Assembly (NCBI GenBank): GCA_046596195.1
Contig: JBKJNA010000161.1
Span: forward strand, 11,311-75,310
DNA length: 64,000 nucleotides
Source of the DNA: Acidimicrobiales bacterium
Lineage (GTDB): Bacteria > Actinomycetota > Acidimicrobiia > Acidimicrobiales > GCA-2861595
Direction: 5' to 3'
Within the stretch, counting starts at the first letter, position 1. Every line of letters starts with the position of its first letter. This document shows, one piece after another, positions 1-11,908 of this stretch. Under the pieces are notes generated by a model. That model saw only the letters and a program-made list of their open reading frames with translations, made no database searches and was not told the DNA's origin. The position numbers and the translations under genes are program-made.

Positions 1-371
1 GCGCTGCCCACGTCCTCGGGTCTGCGCAGACGCCACCGGTGGCGGCAATGCGGGCGGCGGGCGTGGCGATGGCGGTGGCCACGGATGCCAACCCGGGGAC
101 GTCGCCTCTGCTGTCGCTCCCACTGGCCATGCACCTGGCGTGTGTGCGCTTCGGGCTTTCGCCCGACGAGGTTCTGCGCGGCACGACAATCCATGCAGCA
201 GCCGCCCTCGGGATGGCCGGTGAGGTGGGTGCGCTCGTTTCCGGGGCACGCGCCGACCTGGTCGTGTGGGACGCCGAGCGCCCCGTCGACCTCGTCTACT
301 GGCTGGGCGCCGACCTCGCCGCCCGGGTCATCGTCGCCGGGCGGGAGGACGGGCCGGGTACTGCTTCCTAG
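1..371 (+). CDS. hutI: imidazolonepropionase (amidohydrolase family), C-terminal fragment entering from upstream of the window
   Basis: Frame of ORF 39..371 is open to the window start. The translation ...VATDANPGTSP...TIHAAAALG...GARADLVVWD resembles the C-terminal region of imidazolonepropionases. Confidence 0.7.
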   Translation, partial: AAHVLGSAQTPPVAAMRAAGVAMAVATDANPGTSPLLSLPLAMHLACVRFGLSPDEVLRGTTIHAAAALGMAGEVGALVSGARADLVVWDAERPVDLVYWLGADLAARVIVAGREDGPGTAS

Positions 372-484
372 AGGACCTCGCGCTCCCGCACCACGGTGGT
401 GCGCCGGCCCCGGTAGTACCGGGGACCGCCGATGCCACCGGCCAGGAGGACGACGAGGAGGACGATGAGCAGGATGGTCAGCAT
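368..484 (-). CDS. candidate small hydrophobic protein (38 aa, MLTILLIVLLVVLLAGGIGGPRYYRGRRTTVVREREVL)
   Basis: Not in the ORF track (too short). ATG at 484 is preceded by AGGAA 5 nt upstream. 35 of 37 sense codons after the ATG end in G/C. One predicted TM helix followed by a basic tail. The stop overlaps the hutI stop. Confidence 0.4.
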   Translation of the reverse strand: MLTILLIVLLVVLLAGGIGGPRYYRGRRTTVVREREVL

Positions 485-583
485 GCCATTCCTGTTCCCC
501 CGCCCGAACCACGTTTAATCCTCCTCTGGCCACCGCTTCCCCGGGCGCCGGCGCTACCGGTGAGAAGCCCGCTTCCCCTAGCG

Positions 584-883
584 TTGGGCATCGACCTGGC
601 CGACCTCCAGTCCCGTATGGAAGCCCTGTACGGGGACCGCGACCGCGGGCGCGGCATCGACGCCACCGTCGCCTGGCTGGCCGAGGAGCTCGGCGAGCTG
701 GCCAAGGCCGTCCGCAAGGGGACGCCGGCCGAGCAGCTGCACGAACTCGGCGACGTGCTGGCTTGGCTGGCATCTCTCGCCAACCAGCTCGGCCTGTCCC
801 TCGACGAGGCCGCCACCCGCTACGCCGCCGGCTGCCCCAAGTGCGCCGCCACCCCCTGCGCCTGCCCGCTTTCGAGTAAATAA
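584..883 (+). CDS. MazG-like nucleotide pyrophosphohydrolase, small single-domain type with a C-terminal CPxC...CxC motif
   Basis: The C-terminal part of ORF 266..883 reads ...LQSRMEALYGDRDRGRGIDATVAWLAEELGELAKAV...ELGDVLAWLASLANQLGLSLDEA..GCPKCAATPCAC, typical of MazG-like all-alpha NTP-PPases. Start is either TTG 584 or ATG 617. The upstream part of the ORF looks non-coding. Confidence 0.7.
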   Translation: MGIDLADLQSRMEALYGDRDRGRGIDATVAWLAEELGELAKAVRKGTPAEQLHELGDVLAWLASLANQLGLSLDEAATRYAAGCPKCAATPCACPLSSK

Positions 884-913
884 CCACCGGAATCCGGTGG
901 TTATTTACTCGAA
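871..913. repeat. AT-rich perfect palindrome, copy 1 (TTCGAGTAAATAACCACCGG-AAT-CCGGTGGTTATTTACTCGAA); probable bidirectional terminator hairpin
   Basis: 20-bp perfect stem with a 3-nt loop, read directly. Lies between the convergent MazG-like gene and asd. The MazG-like stop codon TAA (881-883) sits inside the left arm. Confidence 0.9.
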
Positions 914-947
914 GTCGCTTGCGGCGGGCCCTCTCCCGCTGGCGCGG

Positions 948-3243
<2,296 letters not shown>

Positions 3244-3288
3244 CGGCGGATCGTAGTTGTCCTGACCGCGTCCGCTAGCTTGCCCGCC

Positions 3289-4158
3289 GTGCCCACCGAG
3301 AAGCGCCAGCGCAAGAAGCAGGGTCGGGAGATGCGCCTCGCCGAGCAGCGGGCGGCCGAGGCCAAGGCACGCACGAAGCGCCGGGTCATCGGCGCCGCGG
3401 CGGTGGCCGTCCTCATCGTCCTGGTGGCCCTGCTGTCCTCCCGTGGAGGCGACGACGAAACGGTGACGGCGGGCAGCACCACGACCAGCTCCGCCACCGC
3501 CACCACCGCCACCACCGGCGAAGGCCCGCCCAAGGGCGAGCCCGTCCCTGCCGGCGCCAAGCTCGACAAGTGGGTCTGCCCCGACGCCGACGGCAGCTCG
3601 ACCCGTACTGACCAGTTCCCGGCTGAACCGCCGCCCCAGTGCATCGACAAGGACAAAACGCTGGTGGCCACGGTCACCACCAGCGAGGGCGTGATGGAGT
3701 ACACGCTCGACACCACCAAGGCGCCCATCGCAGCGAACAACTTCGCCGTCCTGTCCCGCTACCACTACTACGACGGCACGGTCATCAGCCGCATCGCCGA
3801 CACGATCGACATCTTCCAGACCGGCTCGCCCCGCACGCAGACGATCACCGACCCCGGTCCCGGGTACAACCTTCCGGACGAGGGCACCGACTTCACCTAC
3901 AAGGAGGGTGACGTGGTGATGGCGAGGAGCCAGGCGGGCAGCTCGGCCGGCCAGTACTTCGTGGTCGTCGGCCCCAAGGCGTCCGGGCTCGACAGCGACG
4001 GCAGCTACATCACGTTCGCCAAGATCACCTCCGGGCTCGATGTGGCCAAGAAGATCTTTGCGCTCTTCCAGCCGTGCGCGGCGGGCGACAGCGAGTGCCT
4101 GGGGGGCGCACCGAGCAAGCTCGTCACCATTTCCAAGGTCGAGATCGAGGAGAGGTAG
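3289..4158 (+). CDS. membrane-anchored cyclophilin-type peptidyl-prolyl isomerase-like protein (divergent active-site region)
   Basis: In-frame GTG 3289 (alternative ATG 3331). Basic N-terminus, a TM helix (VIGAAAVAVLIVLVALL) and a Thr/Ser-rich linker, followed by a cyclophilin fold: ..APIAANNFAVLSRYHYYDGTVISRI... The usual FHRVIPGFMxQGGD motif is replaced by ISRIADTIDIFQTGSP. Confidence 0.8.
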   Translation: MPTEKRQRKKQGREMRLAEQRAAEAKARTKRRVIGAAAVAVLIVLVALLSSRGGDDETVTAGSTTTSSATATTATTGEGPPKGEPVPAGAKLDKWVCPDADGSSTRTDQFPAEPPPQCIDKDKTLVATVTTSEGVMEYTLDTTKAPIAANNFAVLSRYHYYDGTVISRIADTIDIFQTGSPRTQTITDPGPGYNLPDEGTDFTYKEGDVVMARSQAGSSAGQYFVVVGPKASGLDSDGSYITFAKITSGLDVAKKIFALFQPCAAGDSECLGGAPSKLVTISKVEIEER

Positions 4159-4160
4159 CC

Positions 4161-4715
4161 ATGCCCACAGATTGTCCCGAGGTCGACGGCTCCAGCCCCA
4201 AGAAGCAGCGATTCAACGGGCCGCCCCCCATGTGCATCGACCCGTCGAAGACCTACACGGCCGAGATGGTCACCACCAAGGGCACCATGGTCATCGCCCT
4301 CGACCCCATCGGCGCGCCGAGGACGGTCAACAACTTCGTGGTCCTGGCCCGCTACCACTACTACGACGGCATCATCTTCCACCGTGTGATCCCGGGCTTC
4401 ATGCTCCAGGGCGGCGACCCCGACGGCAGCGGACGGGGCGGCCCGGGGTACAAGTTCGACGACGAGCTGCCCAAGCCGGGCCGCTACGAGATCGGCTCGC
4501 TGGCCATGGCCAACGCCGGCCCCAACACCAACGGCAGCCAGTTCTTCATCGTGAGCGGCTCGTCGGGCGTGAGCCTGCCGCCGCAGTACTTGCTGTTCGG
4601 CAAGGTCGTGAAGGGGCTCGACGTGGTGACCGCAATCGAGGCCGCCGGCTCCCCCTCGGGCACACCCAAGGAGAAGCTGGTCATCGAGTCGGTGACCATC
4701 ACCGAGTCCGACTGA
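4161..4715 (+). CDS. cyclophilin-type peptidyl-prolyl cis-trans isomerase
   Basis: ATG 4161 lies 3 nt after the upstream stop. Canonical motifs are present: NNFVVLARYHYYDGIIFHRVIPGFMLQGGDP...MANAGPNTNGSQFFI. Confidence 0.92.
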   Translation: MPTDCPEVDGSSPKKQRFNGPPPMCIDPSKTYTAEMVTTKGTMVIALDPIGAPRTVNNFVVLARYHYYDGIIFHRVIPGFMLQGGDPDGSGRGGPGYKFDDELPKPGRYEIGSLAMANAGPNTNGSQFFIVSGSSGVSLPPQYLLFGKVVKGLDVVTAIEAAGSPSGTPKEKLVIESVTITESD

Positions 4716-4723
4716 TGGTGCCT

Positions 4724-4766
4724 TTCGAGTAAATAACCACCGGAATCCGGTGGTTATTTACTCGGG
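4724..4766. repeat. AT-rich palindrome, copy 2 (same core as 871..913)
   Basis: CGAGTAAATAACCACCGG-AAT-CCGGTGGTTATTTACTCG is identical to the copy 1 core. Located between the convergent cyclophilin gene (stop 4715) and the S51 peptidase gene (stop 4777). Confidence 0.9.
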
Positions 4767-4776
4767 AGCGGCGGTT

Positions 4777-5448
4777 TCAGGCGGGGAGGGCGGTGAGGTC
4801 GGCCTCGACGCCGTCGCGCCAGATCTTGACGTTGCCAGCGCCGGCCGCCGTCCAGCCCGTGCCGGGCTCGTAGATCACCGCCGTGCGCTCGTCGATGGCC
4901 ACCACCGGGAGGCCGGCGGGGGCCAGCGAGATGGTGCGGTGCGACTTCTCGTGCGACCACGAGTCGGCGTGGGGGATCACCGCCACCCGCGACACCAGGC
5001 CGAGGCCAAGGGTGAAGGCGCCTCCGCGGGGGTCGACCATGGGGTCGGTGAGCACCATGGCGCCGGCGGACGAGCCGGCCACCACGGCGCCGCCCTGCCA
5101 TGCCGCGACCAGGGCCTGCCAGAGCGAGGAGCTCTTGATCACCGACCGGAGGTGGAGGGGTGAACCGCCGCCGATGTAGATGAAGCGGGCCTCGGCCACG
5201 TCCTTCACGAACGCCTCGTCCTCGGCGTCGGGGCGGCGCAGGACGGGGAGGCCCCGCACCGTGGCGCCCAGGCCCTCGAACCACCGGGTGGCGAACTCGA
5301 CGGACCGCTCGGGGTGCTCGTAGGCCGCTGCGGTGGGCAGGACGAGGACCTCGGTGCCGCCGCTCGCCTCGAGGAGGCGGGCGTCGAAGTCGCAGCCGGG
5401 GCGCCATTCGCCGCCTCCCACCAGTGCCAGCAGACCGGGCGTCGTCAT
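4777..5448 (-). CDS. peptidase S51 family protein (cyanophycinase / peptidase E-like)
   Basis: 223-aa ORF with LALVGGGEW..., IYIGGGSP and the nucleophile-elbow context VVAGSSAGAMVL, typical of the S51/class I glutamine amidotransferase-like fold. Confidence 0.75.
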   Translation of the reverse strand: MTTPGLLALVGGGEWRPGCDFDARLLEASGGTEVLVLPTAAAYEHPERSVEFATRWFEGLGATVRGLPVLRRPDAEDEAFVKDVAEARFIYIGGGSPLHLRSVIKSSSLWQALVAAWQGGAVVAGSSAGAMVLTDPMVDPRGGAFTLGLGLVSRVAVIPHADSWSHEKSHRTISLAPAGLPVVAIDERTAVIYEPGTGWTAAGAGNVKIWRDGVEADLTALPA

Positions 5449-5526
5449 GGCCGCAACCTAGTTGCGGGCACCCTGTGCCATGCCAATGGAGCGGAGGCCC
5501 AGATTTCGCTACCGTACGGACGGGCG

Positions 5527-6309
5527 ATGACACGATTGCCCTTGAGGAGCGTCCGGAACTGGCCGATGCAGCATTCGATGGTCGATCGTCGCGCCCTACC
5601 CGGGCTGGCAGCTGGCCTGGCCGGTCTAGCCTCGGGCGTAGGAGCCCTCGTGCTCGAGGTGCCCGAGCTGGCCGTCGTGGCGGCCGCCTGCGCCCTGGTG
5701 GCCGGTGCCGCCTCGGTGCTCCAGGTCCGCCGCCTGCGCGACGCCGAGCGCGACGCGGCTGGCAGCGCCGCCCTGGCCCGCCTGCTGGATCTGCCCCGGA
5801 GCACGAGGTCCGAGTCCTGCGACCTGCTCGACCCCGAGACCGGGCTTCCCGAGCTGCCCTTCTTCACCCTGGCCCTCGAGGGCCGGGTGGCGGCGGCCAG
5901 GCGCCACCTGTGGCCGGTCACCGTCGTCCTTCTCGAGATCGGCCTGGCGCCGGCGTGCGAAACGGGACGGGCCCAGGCCGAGGCCATCGTAGGTTTCGCC
6001 GACCTCCTGCGCCGCACGCTGCGTGAGGCCGACATCGCCTGCCGCACCAGCACGACCCGCTTCGCCGTGGTGCTCGACGACACGGCGGAGGAGGGCGGGG
6101 TGTGGACGGCGGAGCGGATCCAGGTGGCGGTGTCGCACGACGTGTCGAAGGTGCGCCGGATGGCGGCGGGGGTCGCCAGCTACCCGACCCACGGGCTGGA
6201 CGCGGGCGCCGTGCTCACCGGGGCCCAGGCGGCCCTGGCCCGGGCATGCGCCGGTCCGGCCGGCCGGGGCCTCGGCCAGGTTGAAGTCGCTTTGCCCGAC
6301 TTTGCCTAG
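5527..6309 (+). CDS. membrane protein with a degenerate GGDEF (diguanylate cyclase-like) domain
   Basis: ATG 5527. Two N-terminal hydrophobic segments, then DPETGLPELPFF...VTVVLLEIG...DIACRTSTTRFAVVLDDT...AERIQ, which follows the GGDEF domain layout. The GGDEF signature itself reads STTRF. Confidence 0.65.
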   Translation: MTRLPLRSVRNWPMQHSMVDRRALPGLAAGLAGLASGVGALVLEVPELAVVAAACALVAGAASVLQVRRLRDAERDAAGSAALARLLDLPRSTRSESCDLLDPETGLPELPFFTLALEGRVAAARRHLWPVTVVLLEIGLAPACETGRAQAEAIVGFADLLRRTLREADIACRTSTTRFAVVLDDTAEEGGVWTAERIQVAVSHDVSKVRRMAAGVASYPTHGLDAGAVLTGAQAALARACAGPAGRGLGQVEVALPDFA

Positions 6310-6388
6310 TTCGGCCGGCCCGTCCACACCTTCCACAGGGTTGTCCCCAGGCTGAGCACACCGGTGGGGACGGCCGGTCAACCGGCGT

Positions 6389-7858
6389 TCATCGCCGCTT
6401 CGGGCGCCGTTCACCGACGGCGGTGGCGACGGCCGCTCCCAGGAGGACGACCCCGGCAGCCAGGAAGAGCACGCGCACCGATGCCCCCTCGGTGGCCCGC
6501 ACCAGGGCGACGGCCAGGTCGAGCCGGTTGTCGTCCATGGTGGCCCGGGTCGAGTCCGACCAGAACGCCACCGCCCGCCCGTCGCCCGAGACGACCTCGG
6601 TCTGGGTGCCGTTGACGGTGAGGTCCTGGAAGCTGCCCAGCCCGATGCGAGAGTCGAAGCGGCGGGCCGAGACGGTGGCCACCGTGAACGTGCGCCCGCC
6701 GTCCCACGACGATGCCTGGGCCACCTCCGTGCGCACGTCGGTGGGGTCGACGCTGCGGTCGTAGAACACCACGTCGACCCGGCCGTCGCCGGCCACGTCC
6801 ACCGAGGGCAGCGTCTGCGTGCCTCGTCGCACGACCACCGCCGTCGGGGACGACCAGGTGGCCCCGTCGTCGTCGGACGAGGACACGAACACGTCGCGGG
6901 CACTGCCCATCCCCGCCTCCCACGTGGTGTAAAGGCGGCCGTCACTGCGGTCACGGGCGAGGCCGGGCCGGGGCGCACTGAGGTCCGGGTTGATGCGCTG
7001 GGGGATCTCGACCTCGGCCACAACCACCGCCGGCCCGAAGGTGGCCCCTCCGTCGGTCGAGGTCCACGTGAGGACCCGCCAGTCGCCCTCCTCCGGAGGC
7101 CCGCCGCGGGCCTCGTGGAGCCCGGAGTAGTCGAGCTCGTCGTCGACAAGGTCGAGGGCGCTCAGCACCACGGTGCCGTCGCCGACCACGACCGACGGCA
7201 CGACAAGGCGCAGGGCGGGGTCGCTCACCGAGACCGGCGGCCCGAAGGTGCGGCCGCCGTCGGTGGACACCGAGGCCATGAGGGGGTTGGGCTCGGGGGC
7301 GAACCCCAGCGTGCGGGCGGCCGTGTTCGGCCCCGCCTGCACCCAGGTGGCCACCACCCGGTCGCCGTCCGCCGCGATGCGCGGGTGGAAGGCGTTGTCG
7401 CCGGAGACGACGACCGCCTCGCCCACCACCTTGCCGTCCTCCAGGCGTTGGGCCCACGTGCCCACGGGCTGGTTGTTCACCCCGCCGGTGGCGCTGAACA
7501 GCACCAGGGCGCCACCGTCGCCGGTCCAGGTGACGTCGGGCCAGAAGCAGTTGTCCGCTCCTGCCGGGAGGGGCAGGAGCGGGACCTTCTCCCAGTTGAC
7601 CCCGGCGTTGGTTGACCACGACACCGCACAGTTCGACATGGGCGTGTCGATCCGGTCGACCACGACCAGCACGTCCGGCCGGGCGGGGTCGGCGGCGGCG
7701 GCGGGCGACGTGTGGGCGTCGAGCGTGTCGGGCCGGTCGTCGTTGATGATGCCGAAGGCGGTGGCCCGCACCGAGGCGTCGGAGCCCCCGAAGCCGAGGA
7801 CGACGGCGATCACGCCGGCGACGGCTAGCCCGGCGGCGGGGAGCGCCTGCCCGCTCAT
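6389..7858 (-). CDS. BNR/Asp-box repeat (sialidase-like beta-propeller) protein with an N-terminal signal anchor and a C-terminal TM plus basic tail
   Basis: 489-aa ORF with repeated Asp-box-like motifs (STDGGRTF, STDGGATF, SDDDGATW, SWDGGRTF). N-terminal hydrophobic segment; C-terminal LFLAAGVVLLGAAVATAV followed by GERRPKRR. Confidence 0.75.
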   Translation of the reverse strand: MSGQALPAAGLAVAGVIAVVLGFGGSDASVRATAFGIINDDRPDTLDAHTSPAAAADPARPDVLVVVDRIDTPMSNCAVSWSTNAGVNWEKVPLLPLPAGADNCFWPDVTWTGDGGALVLFSATGGVNNQPVGTWAQRLEDGKVVGEAVVVSGDNAFHPRIAADGDRVVATWVQAGPNTAARTLGFAPEPNPLMASVSTDGGRTFGPPVSVSDPALRLVVPSVVVGDGTVVLSALDLVDDELDYSGLHEARGGPPEEGDWRVLTWTSTDGGATFGPAVVVAEVEIPQRINPDLSAPRPGLARDRSDGRLYTTWEAGMGSARDVFVSSSDDDGATWSSPTAVVVRRGTQTLPSVDVAGDGRVDVVFYDRSVDPTDVRTEVAQASSWDGGRTFTVATVSARRFDSRIGLGSFQDLTVNGTQTEVVSGDGRAVAFWSDSTRATMDDNRLDLAVALVRATEGASVRVLFLAAGVVLLGAAVATAVGERRPKRR

Positions 7859-7970
7859 CGCTGCGCCATCCCTTCGGGCTCGGACCGGCCTCCCGGGCCG
7901 CTCGCCGGCGCACCGGCCCCTTCGGGACCGTGCGCAGTGCGTTGCCGGATGGACCGGCCTCCCGGGCCGC

Positions 7971-9428
7971 TCACCGCCGGCGCAGGCCGATGATGACGCC
8001 GGTGGCCAAAAGGGCCAGCCCCAGCACGGCCACGATCCAGCGCCGGCCGGCGCTCTGGCGGGTGCTGACGATCACCTCGGCCAGCTCGGTGGCGTTGTTG
8101 TCCTGGTTGGCCCGCCTGGTGTCGGTCCAGAACCCGAGTGCCTGTCCGGGCATGGAGAGGACGGCCAGCTGACTGCTCAGGACCCCGATGCCCTGGGCGC
8201 TGCCGTACCCGAGGCGGGAGTCGGACTCACGGTCGGAGATGACGGCCGTGGTGAAGGTGGCGCCCTCGTCCCAAGACGATGCCATGGACACCTCGGCCCG
8301 GACGTCCGTGGGGTCTTTGCTGCGGTCGTAGTAGACGACGTCGACCCGGCCGTCGGGCGCCACGCCGACGGCGGGGAGGTTCTGGGTGCCCTTTTTACGC
8401 TCGACGGCGACGGGCGGCGACCAGGTGGCGCCGTTGTCGCCCGACGAGGCCACGAACACGTCGCGGGCGTCGGCCCGGCCGGCGTCCCATGCCGCGTACA
8501 CCCGGCCCGTCCCGGGGTCCCGCGCCAGGCCGGGCACGGGCGCCAGGTTGACGATGAGCCGCTGCGGCGGCACCAGCTTGGCGGCCACGGCGGTGGCAGG
8601 GGCGAAGGAGGCGCCGCCGTCGTCGGAGCGGAAGGCGACGATGCTCCAGGGGTGGTTGTCGGGGGCGCCGCCCTGGCCCCCGTGGGTTGCCTCGTAGTCG
8701 GCCACGTCGTCACCCAGGTCGAGGGCGACCACCAGCGCCTTGCCGTCGGGACCGAGGTCCACGTTGGGCACAACGGCCCGCCGGTTCCCCTCGCTCACCA
8801 TGACCGGCGGGGAGAAGGTCCTGCCCCCGTCGCTCGAGCGGACGGCCACGATCGGGTTCGGTCCCGACGTGAAGCCGAGGCCCTTGTCAACCGTCTCCGG
8901 CGTCGCCTGCACGTAGGCGATGAGCACCGACGACCCCTCTACGGCCATGTGGGCATGGAAAGCCTGACCGCCTGCGATCTTCACCGCCGGGCCGTCAGGC
9001 GTGCCGGCGTCGAAGCGCTGGAGCCAGACGCTGACCGGCAGGTTGTTGGGGTCGGCGGTGGTCGTGTAGAGGACGAGCATGCGCCCCTCGTCGTTGAAGC
9101 CGACGTCCGGCCAGAAGCAGTTCGGGACGCCGTCGGGCAGCGGAACGGTGACCGGCTTCCAGTTCGAGCCGAAGTTGCGCGACAGCGACACCGAGCACGA
9201 GAACGCCGGCGTGTCGATCCGGTCGACCAGGGCGACCATGCGGGGCTGGGCCGGATCGGCGGCCACGGCGGGGGAGTTGTGGGAGTTGATGCCGGGCCGG
9301 TCGAAGTTGAAGAAGGCCTGCGCCGAGGCCTTCAGCTCCGACGGCTTGGCGCTCACCCCGAAGGCGGCCAGGACGAAGCCGGCCACGGCCAGCCCGATGG
9401 CGGCCGCCAGCACGCCCCGCTTCCCCAT
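7971..9428 (-). CDS. BNR/Asp-box repeat beta-propeller protein, paralog of 6389..7858
   Basis: ATG 9428 (MGKRGVLAAAIGLAVAGFVLAAF...). Collinear with the neighbouring gene (RIDTP..C.VS.S...G..W, NCFWPDV, SSDGGRTF, SDDGGASF, SGDNGATW, SWDEGATF). C-terminal TM followed by RRR. Confidence 0.75.
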   Translation of the reverse strand: MGKRGVLAAAIGLAVAGFVLAAFGVSAKPSELKASAQAFFNFDRPGINSHNSPAVAADPAQPRMVALVDRIDTPAFSCSVSLSRNFGSNWKPVTVPLPDGVPNCFWPDVGFNDEGRMLVLYTTTADPNNLPVSVWLQRFDAGTPDGPAVKIAGGQAFHAHMAVEGSSVLIAYVQATPETVDKGLGFTSGPNPIVAVRSSDGGRTFSPPVMVSEGNRRAVVPNVDLGPDGKALVVALDLGDDVADYEATHGGQGGAPDNHPWSIVAFRSDDGGASFAPATAVAAKLVPPQRLIVNLAPVPGLARDPGTGRVYAAWDAGRADARDVFVASSGDNGATWSPPVAVERKKGTQNLPAVGVAPDGRVDVVYYDRSKDPTDVRAEVSMASSWDEGATFTTAVISDRESDSRLGYGSAQGIGVLSSQLAVLSMPGQALGFWTDTRRANQDNNATELAEVIVSTRQSAGRRWIVAVLGLALLATGVIIGLRRR

Positions 9429-9465
9429 AGGGACGACGCTAACCCGCCCTGCTGGGGCCAATCCC

Positions 9466-9634
9466 TCAGGAACGCCGGCGCACGACGTCGTCCGGTCCCC
9501 ACCAGCGGCCCGAGAAGCGCCACCCGGCCCGCCCGGGGACGGCCACCTTCGGGGGGCCGGGCGGCTCGGGCCAGGCGATCTCCACGGCGGCCATGATGGC
9601 GGCCACCTCCTCCGGCGTGGGCCGGTTCGCCCGG

Positions 9635-9654
<20 letters not shown>
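9466..9654 (-). CDS. acyl-CoA carboxylase epsilon subunit
   Basis: 62-aa ORF overlapping the stop of the carboxyltransferase gene by 20 nt. Its size, the ..PTPEEVAAIMAAV.. segment and Trp-rich C-terminus fit AccE-type epsilon subunits. Confidence 0.65.
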
Positions 9655-11218
<1,564 letters not shown>

Positions 11219-11227
<9 letters not shown>

Positions 11228-11908
11228 GCTGCGGGCGTGCCGGTCGAGCCGCCGCCCGGGCCCTGGGCCTTCCCGACGCTGCGGGGCGACGACGACCTGG
11301 TCGGGGTGGGCGCCGATCTGGAGCCCGGCACGATCCTGGCCGCCTACCGGTCCGGCCTGTTCCCCATGCCGGTGGGTGACCCGTCGACGCCCGCCGTGCT
11401 CGGCTGGTGGTCGCCCGTGCGGCGGGGCATCCTGCCGCTCGACTCGTTGCGCATGACCCGCTCGTTGGCCCGCTCGTGCCGGCGCTTCGAGGTGCGCGTC
11501 GACACCGTCTTCGAGGACGTGATCGACGCCTGCGCCGACGGCCGGCGGGAGCAGGGCTGGATCACCGACGAGATCCGCGCCGCGTACGTCGGCCTCCACC
11601 GCCTCGGGTGGGCCCACAGTGTGGAGGCGTGGTCGGTGGACGGCACCACCCTGGCCGGCGGCCTCTACGGCATCGCCATCGGCGGCCTGTTCGCCGGCGA
11701 GTCGATGTTCCACCGCGAGCGCGACGCATCCAAGGTGGCGCTGGCCGGCCTCGTCGACCACCTCCGCGACGGCGTCCCCCGCCTCCTCGACGTCCAGTGG
11801 CTCACGCCCCACCTGCAGTCGCTCGGCGCCGTCGAGATCCCGAGGGAGGACTACCTCCGCCGCCTGGCCTCCGCCCTGCACCGGCCCCCGCCGCGCGGTT
11901 TCGAGTAA
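11219..11908 (+). CDS. aat: leucyl/phenylalanyl-tRNA--protein transferase
   Basis: The C-terminal part of ORF 9593..11908 reads ...ILAAYRSGLFPMP...GWWSPVRRGILPLD...GGLYGIAIGGLFAGESMFHRERDASKVAL. Start is ATG 11219 (alternative GTG 11237). The stop TAA lies inside palindrome copy 3. Confidence 0.85.

Noticed and set aside
3244-3765. 175-aa N-terminal extension of the aspartate kinase ORF. The STPK ORF (30622..30813) and the ORFs containing pccB, the exonuclease, DUF3352, the EssC-like gene and hmgA have similar extensions.
   Set aside because: The extensions are compositionally non-coding-looking, and canonical family N-termini begin at internal ATG/GTG codons, several with visible Shine-Dalgarno sequences.
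7173-9596. Very long alternative-frame or antisense ORFs. Examples: 7173..9596 +, 18312..21164 +, 21536..22861 +, 24673..26232 +, 31677..33533 +, 31996..33558 -, 36129..38411 +, 40663..43554 +, 53845..55374 -.
   Set aside because: Their translations are Arg/Gly/Pro/Ala-rich low-complexity strings with no recognisable motifs. Each overlaps a well-supported gene with clear family signatures. This is the expected artefact of stop-codon scarcity in very GC-rich DNA.
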